From the NCBI GenBank assembly GCA_964016885.1, contig OZ024745.1, positions 119,846,001 through 119,910,000 on the forward strand: a DNA stretch of 64,000 nt, read 5' to 3'. Below, piece after piece: positions 54,262 through 64,000 of this stretch (within the stretch, counting starts at the first letter, position 1; each line of letters begins with the position of its first letter). The position numbers and the translations under genes were made by a program. This stretch comes from Eledone cirrhosa (taxonomy: Eukaryota). The notes under the pieces are model-generated. The model searched no databases. It was not told where the DNA came from and saw nothing but the letters and a program-made list of their open reading frames with translations.

Positions 54262-54794
54262 AAAGGGGGTATAATTCCCGTGATCCATGGACGAGTTCTC
54301 TCCAGCGGTCTCTGTCCCTCATCATCGTTGCCATGTCCTGCGTCTCCAACAGACCAGTGTCTCTTCTTAGGGCATGAACAAATGTAAACCTTGGTCTCCC
54401 TCTTCCAGTGTGTCAGGCAGGGGCTCGCACAAGGAGGACTGAGTGCAGAGTCAAGTCTGGGTGTCGGTGAGCATGTCCAGCTAACCTCAACCTCCTATGT
54501 GCTACTCTCGAGGTGACTTTTGGGATGCTCCCGTACAGCTCTGGGTTATTCATCCTCAGTGTATACTGATTAATGTTCAGACCATTCCTCAGCATTCTTG
54601 TGTAGCACCCATCTACCATCTGAGTCATTACACCTGATGGGATGACGGAGTTCTCTGGGATACTGGCTGGAGTGCTCCAGAGAGATACATTGGCTCCCTA
54701 CCTTTTTAGCATGGGAGTGGACTATTGTATACGCCTTGCGCTGGAGAAACACCAGGATTCAGGCTTTACTGTAACACTGGCTCAGAGCAGGAGA

Positions 54795-54795
<1 letters not shown>
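54262..54795 (-). mobile_element. RTE-like LINE with 5' inversion, in (TA)n
   Basis: Minus 54262-54628: VDGCYTRMLR..RRLRLAGHAHRH..GRGRPR..DRDRWRE. Plus 54630-54795: TPDGMTEF..AGVLQRDTLAPYLF (RT motif). Confidence 0.88.
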
Positions 54796-54830
<35 letters not shown>

Positions 54831-54961
54831 CAAGAATGTTGTTTGATTAAAAATTGAAGCACTCCACGGATTTTGTTCCTTAGGATTTTCCCTGTAAGGT
54901 AACGTCAGGAGTTTTAATATAATAAATGAGACGGATTTATTCGTACATCTTTATTTTATTG

Positions 54962-55030
54962 GTTTTACGTATTTCGAAGATGTAGGGTAGTTGTATAATA
55001 AATACCTTACACGTTCTCTTCAGATAAACT
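54962..55030 (-). ncRNA. Near-intact hammerhead motif
   Basis: AGTTTAT CTGAAGA GAA cg TGTAAGGTA..TACCCTACA tc TTC GAAA TACGTA AAACC; stem I/cleavage register slipped. Confidence 0.55.
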
Positions 55031-55095
55031 GACAAACCAGGTGTCATTTTACATTGATATTCTAAAAGTCCGACGTGCTATTAACGTCACCCACC

Positions 55096-55172
<77 letters not shown>

Positions 55173-55175
<3 letters not shown>

Positions 55176-55307
55176 CGAAGGAAATGTGGTAAGGAACCAG
55201 GTGGACCATAACGCACCAAAGTACTCAATACTTGAGGTAGTAGAGTGGGTAATAGGAACCAGTAAGACCCCGACAGCTGAGCTCAAGCCGTTTCGACGGC
55301 TAATTCT

Positions 55308-55310
<3 letters not shown>
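55173..55310 (-). mobile_element. Element C terminal-repeat fragment in (TA)n
   Basis: Reverse complement of 42712-42845. Confidence 0.8.
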
Positions 55311-55365
<55 letters not shown>

Positions 55366-55579
55366 TCGAACCTTGAGCTGATCAAACGTGAAACGCGCCT
55401 TCCACCTAAGTAAATATAATGACAATTTAACACCGCGTCCATATTACTATTAATATATTGCACCACAACAGCTCCATGAAGACAAGTACGAAACATTTTT
55501 TATCAGAACGAACTCATACGCGATAAGGTTATGAAAACAACAATACCCGAATATTATATAGCATAGAAGAAGGCAGAAA

Positions 55580-55674
<95 letters not shown>

Positions 55675-56226
55675 TTATTTATCTCTGAACGTTAACCTAA
55701 TCTATTCCTTCCATATACTGCACCGATTGTGCTGTTCTTTCTGTTTACCTTTTACATACAAACATACATACGTATATATATATATATATATATATATAGA
55801 AAGAGAGAGAGAGAGTTCAAATGAAGAAACGGAGTAAAGGACTCGCGTTAATCCCTGTAATATAATGCGCTCAAGGAGATTTTCAAAATATAATATAGAG
55901 GAGAGAATACACGAAAAGAATGTGTTTTTATGACAGGGGGTATACTACTACTAGAGTGACAAACATAAAAACTGCAAGAGGTACAGGAAATACATTATAA
56001 TTAAACAGATTAATTAAAATGGAAGACGTACCTCCATAACTATGACTCCTTATATTCCGAAGGAGGTATTGTTTCACTAAAATAGTGCAAGAATCACATT
56101 TTTCATAGATCATCAGCAGGTGTTTCAGAAAATATGTCTTGCACTTCCAATAGAAATTAGATAACTAGCTCCTTACAAATGTCTCTGTTTTTTGCGCACA
56201 ATTTCATATCCATAAGATAAAGATAA

Positions 56227-56902
56227 TTGTTTTCCTTTTGGCACAAGGCCAGTAATCACCTCAGTGCATTACAGGTGCTTTATTTTATCGACCCCGTAAG
56301 GATGAAATGTGAAGCTAACCTCTGTGGGATTTGAGCTCAGAACGAAAAGGGCCATAAATGTATGCTGCAAAGCATCGTGTCTGAGGTTCTACCTATACTG
56401 CCAAATCACCGATAAGATAAAGGTGATAAAAAAGATTAAATAAACAATACAAAAATGAAACAGGAGGCAAGAAATAACGCACAAAAATAAAGATAGCATT
56501 CAAAATAAGAAAGCCATCAGAGAAAATCCCTCTTAAACTGTTTTATTTCTAGTGATGACAGATAATTTGATGCTATAGATTGTTATGAAAGTTGTTGACT
56601 CGAAAACGCTAGGCTGAATTGTATGAGACAATAATAGCCAATAGGTTCTTAATTATCATTTTATTTTCGAGTTGTAAAAACAGTAACAACACGATCATTA
56701 TTTACAGACATACAGGGCGGTGGATTGGCAGTATCAGTAGAGGGTCGGACGCCATGCTTTCCAGTATAGTTACGTCCCTTTACGGTCTGAGTTCAAATCC
56801 CGCCGAGGTTGACTTTGCCTTTCATCCTTACGGGGTCGATAAAATAAAGTACCAGTAATGCACTGGGTAATTGCTGGCCTTGTGCCTAAAGTAGAGACAA
56901 TT
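56227..56902. mobile_element. Two divergently oriented SINE family 1 copies (56227-56412 minus; 56714-56902 plus, full length)
   Basis: GGGCGGTGGATTGGCAGTATC..GAGTTCAAATCCCGCCGAGGTTGACTTTGCCTTTCATCCTTACGGGGTCGATAAA..GGCCTTGTGCCTAAAGTAGA. Confidence 0.92.
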
Positions 56903-59139
56903 ATTTACAGAAATACATGTACAGCCACGAAGCAATTTTAAAATATTGAAATATAGAAATGACATAAAGGTGAACATGAGTTTAATTAAAAATGAATGCC
57001 AAACATTACGTATGAATAAAACATGACAAATTTCATCTATCGGCCGAGATACAAAGCTACAACTTCTTCAGGGTAGAAAAGAATTATAAATGCTGATCTA
57101 CTGGAAGTTGCTATTTTGTGAAAAGTGTTCTTTTAAGTCTAAACATTTTACATTAAAAGCATATTCTCATGTTTTCAGCTCACACAGTGTTTGACTTTTA
57201 TGTAATTTTTAAATTAAACATTAACAGATTGCTATTGAATTTTCCTCAAAATCAAATCTGATATTCCAAACAAATCGGAACCAGCTACTATAAATTCTGA
57301 TTTCTTCATGAAAAAAAATCAATTTCTAATACTCAAAGTACATTCATCTTTAATAGAGAGCTGTCAAAACTGAATCAGACCTAGACCAGGAATAACAGAC
57401 GACAGCTGATTTATACACGTAGTAATATAAGTAGTGGTACTGGTAATGGGGTTGGTATCAGTTTGGCTTCCGGCTTTTCACCGAAAGACGTTATAATTTA
57501 TTCGGCATAAACATAGAAGCACTTCGCAGTAACCAACTAAATTACCCACCCAACCAAACGCTTACGCAACACACACACAACAGCTATCTAATTTTTCCAA
57601 ATACTAATCAAACCCAGAACCACTCCACAAAACAACAACTATCCAACATCCACACACATAAAAAACAGAAAATTCTTACGATAACACAAGGACTTATTTC
57701 AGCCCCTCCTCATAGAAATTTTCAATGTTTCTTTTGCGGGGAGTTGGGGGCAGAATAGCTTTCATTGAATTTTCATTCAATGTTATTTTATCTTTTTGTC
57801 TCTGCACTTTTTCTCCTAAGACGTTTACCAATATCTTGTGCGTAAGAGTGCACGTTTTCAACTTCCGCAAAACATTCAGAAACATACGACATTTAGAGGC
57901 ATAAAAACAAAAACACTATTTTACACTTAAATTTGATGACAGCCTCTGAAGTGTGAGGATAATAATTTGTGAAATATTATAGAGGCATACTTAATTGAAA
58001 ATGTCTAGCTAATTTTGTTTTGAATTTTGTTTTGCTTTAGACCAGGTATGCCACGACAGAGCAGATATACGACCAACAACACAGAGTTGATCTATGACCT
58101 TGGGACAGAAGGGCGTATATTTTGGCTACTATTTCTAGCAGGTTCAGTGAACATCTACAGCTCTTATGTTGGCTTTTATGTCTAAGACCCTTTAATTCAT
58201 AACGTCGATATTTTTTGTCAAACTCATTGCTGTGGTCGATCTTGTTATTCGGGACGAAACGTAAGCGGTCTGTCAGCCTCGGATTAATTCCAGTACACAG
58301 AAATGTCATACTCCCTAATTATTTTCAGATGTATCAACAGTAGTCATCAAACTAAGCCACGTTAGTGAACATATAGGAAACATTAACAATTCAGATACTA
58401 ACATTTGTTTTCGGGCCTATCACCTACGTTATCGGTATTCTATCGTTATCCTCTCCAATTGTCTTCATGGGAACATTTTCAGATTGGTTTAGGTGTGACC
58501 CTGATATCTTTATTTTATTAATTTAGACTTAAGTAGTAGTTAAACCATTTCCTCTTTTTTTTAGGAGTGGAGGCATGGTGAAGAAGTTATAAAGAAATTC
58601 TTTTGACAATTCCCTATACTTATTTACAAGTTGAAGAAGATATATATCTATTTACAGAGCTTAAGAAATTATTTCGACACTCTGAAGACTATCTCAACTG
58701 TGCTATTGGCGCTAATTTGCGGATATCATATCATTTCCTTTGTTCATTGGAGCAGTTTGGGAAATATGGTCATGAAACAGAAAATAAATGTATAGCTTAA
58801 TAAAAACAAGATTATTGAATATGAATATCATTTGATTTCATTTCTGGAAGATTACACTCTTTCATATAATTTCCTCAACATTAAACGGGTTATCAATGTC
58901 GTGTTACTATATACTGTTTTATAGACGTCCACTCTAAATATACAGCATGGCAAAATGAAAAAGAAGTTTCTATAGCAAGCGATAGATTTCTTTATTTGCC
59001 ACAATGGCGCTCAAGAATTGGGACATTGCAGGACGTACGGTGGGGGTTTATTTTTAAACGTATAAAACGTTTTAACAATTATAAAATAGATAATAAACAA
59101 TCGAAATCCAAAACAGGGGACAACATTACAATGGGGTTG

Positions 59140-59500
59140 CAGAAAGTGTCAGTGCAAGTGGCATCCCAGACGAGGTGTTTGCCACCGCGGAACGAGAAGA
59201 TGGTCATGCCATCTGACCTTTTGCCGACCCCTCGATCCAGCCCCACCGGCTCGAGCTGTGAAAGGAAGCCTGCAGCGTCTAAACCATGCTTAATGACCTC
59301 GTTGAGGGCAGCATGGCGTGGAATGCGGCCGGCACTGTGGCGAAAGGAAAGCGGGTGGAGGCCGAAAGAGTCCACGGTGGAACCGCAGCGACATTGGTGT
59401 GGCTGGCAGAGCCGGAGGCCGAACCTCAGGGAAACGCCGATGCGCAGGCTGTGGTTGTCTAGCTGCGAGCCAGTGGAGAAGGAGGGCAGGGCAGGAATGT
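59140..59500 (-). mobile_element. CRE-clade non-LTR retrotransposon: Zn-knuckle and restriction-like endonuclease remnant
   Basis: LDNHSLRIGVSLRFGLRLCQPHQCRCGSTVDSFGLHPLS..GRIPRHAALNEVI..LEPVGLDRGVGKRSDG..LVWDATCTDT; matches the CRE-type RH..(R)PDG..WD pattern. Confidence 0.88.
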
Positions 59501-59616
59501 GTGGTTATTTACAAACGACAATGTGCAAATAAGTAAATTTCGTCTAATGTAGGTCATTCTTGCATTTAGTTTATCAAGTAAACTTCTTGCAACAAACGTC
59601 TGTCTGTATTTACAGA

Positions 59617-59660
<44 letters not shown>

Positions 59661-59693
59661 GTGAGAAAAACCACAGACCCTCCATCTCAACTC

Positions 59694-59733
59694 TCCTTTT
59701 AAAAAGCAGAAGAACTGCGAAACCGGTAAAGGA
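59694..59733 (+). ncRNA. Probably inactivated minimal hammerhead (U3-A8 type with G5A)
   Basis: TCCTT TTAAAAA GCAG aagaa CTGC GAAA CCGG T A^ AAGGA; all three stems perfect; core is one change from TTGAAAA. Confidence 0.62.
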
Positions 59734-59865
59734 ATCAAATAAATATGTATATTTTTTTTAATATAAGACTCCAGTTGCATTTTCGATTTCATCTTTTTTT
59801 TCTTTATGCTTTCACTCGATTATTTTTCATTTTATAAAAAATCCTCACTTTCTAATATATATATA

Positions 59866-59992
59866 TTCTTTGCTTAAACTTTAATCTGTTATTTTAATAA
59901 ATATTTGCTCTACGGTTCTTATATATTTGATATATAGTTATCCTTATCGAGCCCTCTTTGGATTTTAGTCTTCAAATTTATTATTATTACTA
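59866..59992 (+). mobile_element. 3' portion of the CAGAAGA-hammerhead terminal-repeat family
   Basis: Reverse complement of 60603-60728. Confidence 0.85.
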
Positions 59993-60161
59993 TATATATA
60001 TATATATATAGTAGTGAAAGAGTGAAGAATAACATGGTGGGCTGGATTACCTAAAACGATAACTTGCTATCCCATATATATATATATATAAATAACAACA
60101 CAACCGGTACAGTATATGGAAGGGATATATTAGGTTAACGCTTTATATAGCAGGAAGAGGG

Positions 60162-60197
60162 TCTTAACGTTTCGGACGCTAGCCCTTCATCAGAAGA
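60162..60197 (-). ncRNA. Minimal type I hammerhead ribozyme
   Basis: TCTT CTGATGA a GGG ctagcg TCC GAAA cg T T^ AAGA; palindromic AACGTT. Confidence 0.78.
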
Positions 60198-60554
60198 AAG
60201 AATGAGAAGTAAAATAGATTGAGGGGACGGGCGGGTTGGAATTGGAAAAAATGTCCTTAGATAAAAATAACAGGTCCATTCATGTTGACATCTCTTGCAA
60301 AACTGTTGGTGCTGGCGTTTTATCTGTTTCAACACTTATTTTCAGATGAAAAAAATTTGGTATATATATATATAGTTATGTAATAAACAAAATAAGGTAA
60401 TTATTTCATTTCCAAAATTATTCATAATCAATTATTCTGAAAATAAATAATGAAAATATAGTCACTGTTTTTATGAAGACAAGAGTGACAATGGAAGTAA
60501 AAAGAATTTGCATAAAATTAGCAGTTGAAAATTGCGAACAGATATCGTCTGCAG

Positions 60555-60602
<48 letters not shown>

Positions 60603-60606
<4 letters not shown>

Positions 60607-61566
60607 ATAATAATAAATTTGAAGACTAAAATCCAACGAGGGCTCGATAAGGATAAATATATATCAAATATATAAGAACCGTAGAGTAAATATTTATTAA
60701 AATAACAGATTAAAGTTTAACCAAAGAATCGCTGCTTTCACCCTTAACGGGATCTTCTGAAACTAACAAAGTCAATGTCTGAACGCAGAAGTGAATATTT
60801 CAAAAAACGTTGCAACCGGAGGAAGACAGGAAGACGATACTTTGGTTTGTGGAAACGTTCCCTGGCAAAGAACGGGAACAAACGAATATATTACGTCATT
60901 ATTTGGAGCAGTAAAAAACAATTACACGCAAAGACAAAACCACGTTTATGGTATGAAAGAAGTCGTAGACTAATATTTTATTAGGTGGTTCAAAGAGACG
61001 TTCTCTGGCGATGAAGGGAAAAAACAAAGATAATACGTCATATGTGGAGTGGGGAGAACAATTGCACGCAAAGACAAAACCACGTAAATGGTATAACTGA
61101 AGTCGTAGACTAAAATTCTAACTAGGAAACCGAATGATTCTCGGCTTCAGAGTTAAGAATAAAGTAAATAAAATACAGAGGTTATTGAAATTAAATAAAT
61201 ACATACACACATCCATATACGTACGCGAAAACACTCGCCATAGGTATACAAATACACGCACGTGTGAACCACCTAATAGAATATTAGTTTACGACTTCTT
61301 TTATACCATAAACGTGGTTTTGTCTTTGCGTGTAATTGTTTTTCACTGCTCCAAATAATGACGTATTATATTCGTTTTTTCCCGTTCTTTGCCAGGGAAC
61401 GTTTCCACGAACCAAAGTATCGTCTTCCTGTCTTCCTCCGGTTGCAACGTTTTTTGAAATATTCCCTTCTACGTTCAGAGATTGACTTTGATAGTTTCAG
61501 AAGATCCCGTTAAGGGTGAAAGCAGCGATTCTTTGTTTAAACTTTAATCTGTTATTTTAATAAATA
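60603..61566. mobile_element. Large fold-back: ~300 bp arms (60691-60992, 61266-61566) around an element A-type 3' UTR segment
   Basis: Arms are reverse complements with scattered substitutions; both outer ends abut (TA)n; the left arm extends ~90 bp further out. Confidence 0.92.
61493..61543 (+). ncRNA. Type I hammerhead with CAGAAGA (U4A) core; inverted copy at 60714-60764
   Basis: AGTTT CAGAAGA t CCC gttaa GGG t GAAA GCA gcgattctt TGT T T^ AAACT. Confidence 0.68.
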
Positions 61567-61567
61567 A

Positions 61568-61630
<63 letters not shown>

Positions 61631-62692
61631 ATCCCCTTGTTTGAAGACAAGTTCTCAATTCAAGGACATACCTGTTGATCATATATTTATTGGACAAGGG
61701 ATTATATGTTTTACTCGTCAAAGCCAGAATCTTCAACAATGAAGCCAATGCATTTCCGAAGGATTCCAGAAACATTTACATGTCTTATATTGATTCATAT
61801 TATATATGTTCCCCATTCTCTAATGCCATATTTTCGATAGCGCTGAGAGTAAACCTGCCATTGTTAATGTATATATTAAGATGGGATTATTAAATTTTCC
61901 ATTTGTATATCTATTTTTCATATAAAAATCCAAGGTAAATAATGAAGGCAACACAACGAAAATGCCAAAGTTAAGATTTAGTACAGTATTTTTCCAATAT
62001 TGAAATACAACGCTGAGTGCAATATTGAAAACCATTAAGTATGTTCCTTTACTGCCTACATTTTGTCATGTTCCTCGTTAGATATTTTCGCTTTTGTATT
62101 ATCTTTATATTTGCTCTGCTTCAAGCCTTTATTGAACACAGATGTTAGCGAATACAATTTGTCGTCTACTGCCACAATATTTAATAAGATTGAAGTAAAA
62201 TTGAGGCGATCTAGTTAAGCTCTAACTCAACATCTTATATACAATATGGGCTATAATTAACTTACTATGCAATTCCCAATAACAACAATCATGTGTATGG
62301 ATTGTTGCAGATAGGGAGAATTTCGAATATTAACTGTAACTAAATAAACTTATATTAATTGACCATGTATTTCCTTTATATTAAGGATTACTCTCATTAT
62401 AGGTTCACATTTTTAACATCAAGCTAATTATGGTTCAGACACATATATAGTCCAGTTGAGAATTAGCTATAAATATACCCAAAGTATGCTTAGTGAAGAC
62501 ATATTTTGCTGTATAGATTGAAAGGTCAGTATTTACGTGCTAAATTATATCTTTATACCAGAACATATAGAGCTTTTCATGGCTGTAGTCATATAAAATA
62601 CGTGAATAGTATTTTTACTATATAATAGTCATATACGTAATCCATCCATATTAAGTAGGATTAACATGAATTAAAAAGCGTTTTAATTGGAA

Positions 62693-62780
62693 TGCCTTTC
62701 ATCCTTACGGGGTCGATAAAATAAAGTACCAGTAATGCACTGGGTAATTGCTGGCCTAGTGCCTAAAGTAGAAACAATTA
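62693..62780 (+). mobile_element. 5'-truncated SINE family 1
   Basis: Core and tail motifs. Confidence 0.88.
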
Positions 62781-63249
62781 TTGAAGATAGTTTATCTTTC
62801 TTTATACGGTTTAAATCTACATGGAATTTAAATGTTAGCGGAAACAGAAATATTGTCAGGGAAGCGGTTAATGCAGATAAAATAATTCCTATAGTATCGA
62901 AGGTGATACACACACCAATATATTGGAACTGGGCAAAATCAATAGTTGAACCAATAAAGAACATTAGAATTGCTATGAATCGCAGGTTTATGACATGAAA
63001 CCTCTAAATAAATAGTGTTAGGAATTCTTAAACTATCATAGTAACAGCTCAGGTTGCACAATAGATCATATTTTACTAGTAGTGAATCAAATAAAGAGAT
63101 TGAAGCGGGAATTCCCAACATTTCATCACCCTTCCTAAACTTGATAATGAGAGAAAAGATTCCTGTTCATCTATTCCTGCTGCTCCCAGAGTACGCTTCC
63201 CTTTGAGGAGAGAGAATGTTGTCATTCGGTGGCTTCAGCTGAAATCGAC

Positions 63250-63350
63250 TCATCAATTGATTTCCACGTGGGTTAGTCGTTCATTGCGGTTGCCAAGTCC
63301 TGGAATTCAATACCAGAATCTCTGGAGATGATATCGGGATAAGAGAGCTT
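63250..63350 (-). mobile_element. Old RTE-like LINE C-terminus
   Basis: KLSYPDIISRDSGIEFQDLATAMND*PTWKSI resembles the C-terminus encoded at 3579-3740. Confidence 0.5.
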
Positions 63351-64000
63351 GTGCCCATGTTAGAATGTTGTAAGTTTGGAACATATTTTTCATGATATTA
63401 GTGTTAGAAACATAATTAATTTTAAGGCAATTTTAAGATACAGAATAGCTGAAGGAATGTAACTTTTTGTAGGTGCAATGCAAATTAGAAATACAAGAAA
63501 GCAAGAGAAGAAACTAGAGTGGATTAACGTAAGAAAATCAAAGTAAAATATTTTATACTTTTACTTTATATTTCAGGTTATTAGGAGGACATGATCCCCT
63601 TCTCAAGATATAAGAAATGATGTGTGATATCGGTGGTTACCTGTGATACTTGCTGCTACTGCTGTTGTCGACCGCAAGTTCGGAAATGTGTGCAGTTTTG
63701 ATTTCCTCTCTCTTTCTCGCCATATATGGTAAAGAATCGATGCATCACTGACAACATTTCTGTTGGCTGTTTTTTTTTCTAAAAAGAAAATTAGATATTT
63801 TTAGGGTAATATAACCAGAAAATTTATTGGATTTTTTTCTGAAGTACAGTTATTATGCGGAGAAACTGATGTTCTACAAACGGGGGAGATAACTGTGCAA
63901 GGATATCAACACGACGGAAATGTATTTTTTAGCAAACATTCACCAACTACAATTTCAGTATATAAGTGTGTTGTTACTAGATGAGATATAATAATTCAGA

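Noticed and set aside
58020-58330. Acceptor-like TTTTGTTTTGCTTTAG followed by more complex sequence
   Set aside because: No frame gives a recognisable protein or a convincing exon.
58996-59532. 178 aa plus-strand ORF
   Set aside because: Antisense shadow of the CRE fragment.

Overview
AT-rich, microsatellite-dense animal non-coding DNA, most likely from an octopus or related coleoid cephalopod (inferred from the SINE families and the (TA)n/(CA)n landscape). I can support no intact host gene; almost all listed ORFs are microsatellite artefacts. The window is a mosaic of mobile elements: five Penelope-like element (PLE) coding remnants (three Neptune-type GIY-YIG ends, one other GIY-YIG, one RT N-terminus), a DD41D Tc1/mariner with a nested hAT MITE, RTE-, L1/Tx1- and CRE-clade LINE fragments, Helitron ends and two tRNA-derived SINE families. 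The main signal is about 20 type I hammerhead ribozyme (HHR) motifs from roughly ten unrelated sequence families. About half look complete, including U3-A8 and U4A core variants. They sit in short cassettes embedded in (TA)n tracts, and many cassettes are fold-backs whose two 3' ends point outward. Folds and coordinates were worked out by eye and need computational confirmation.
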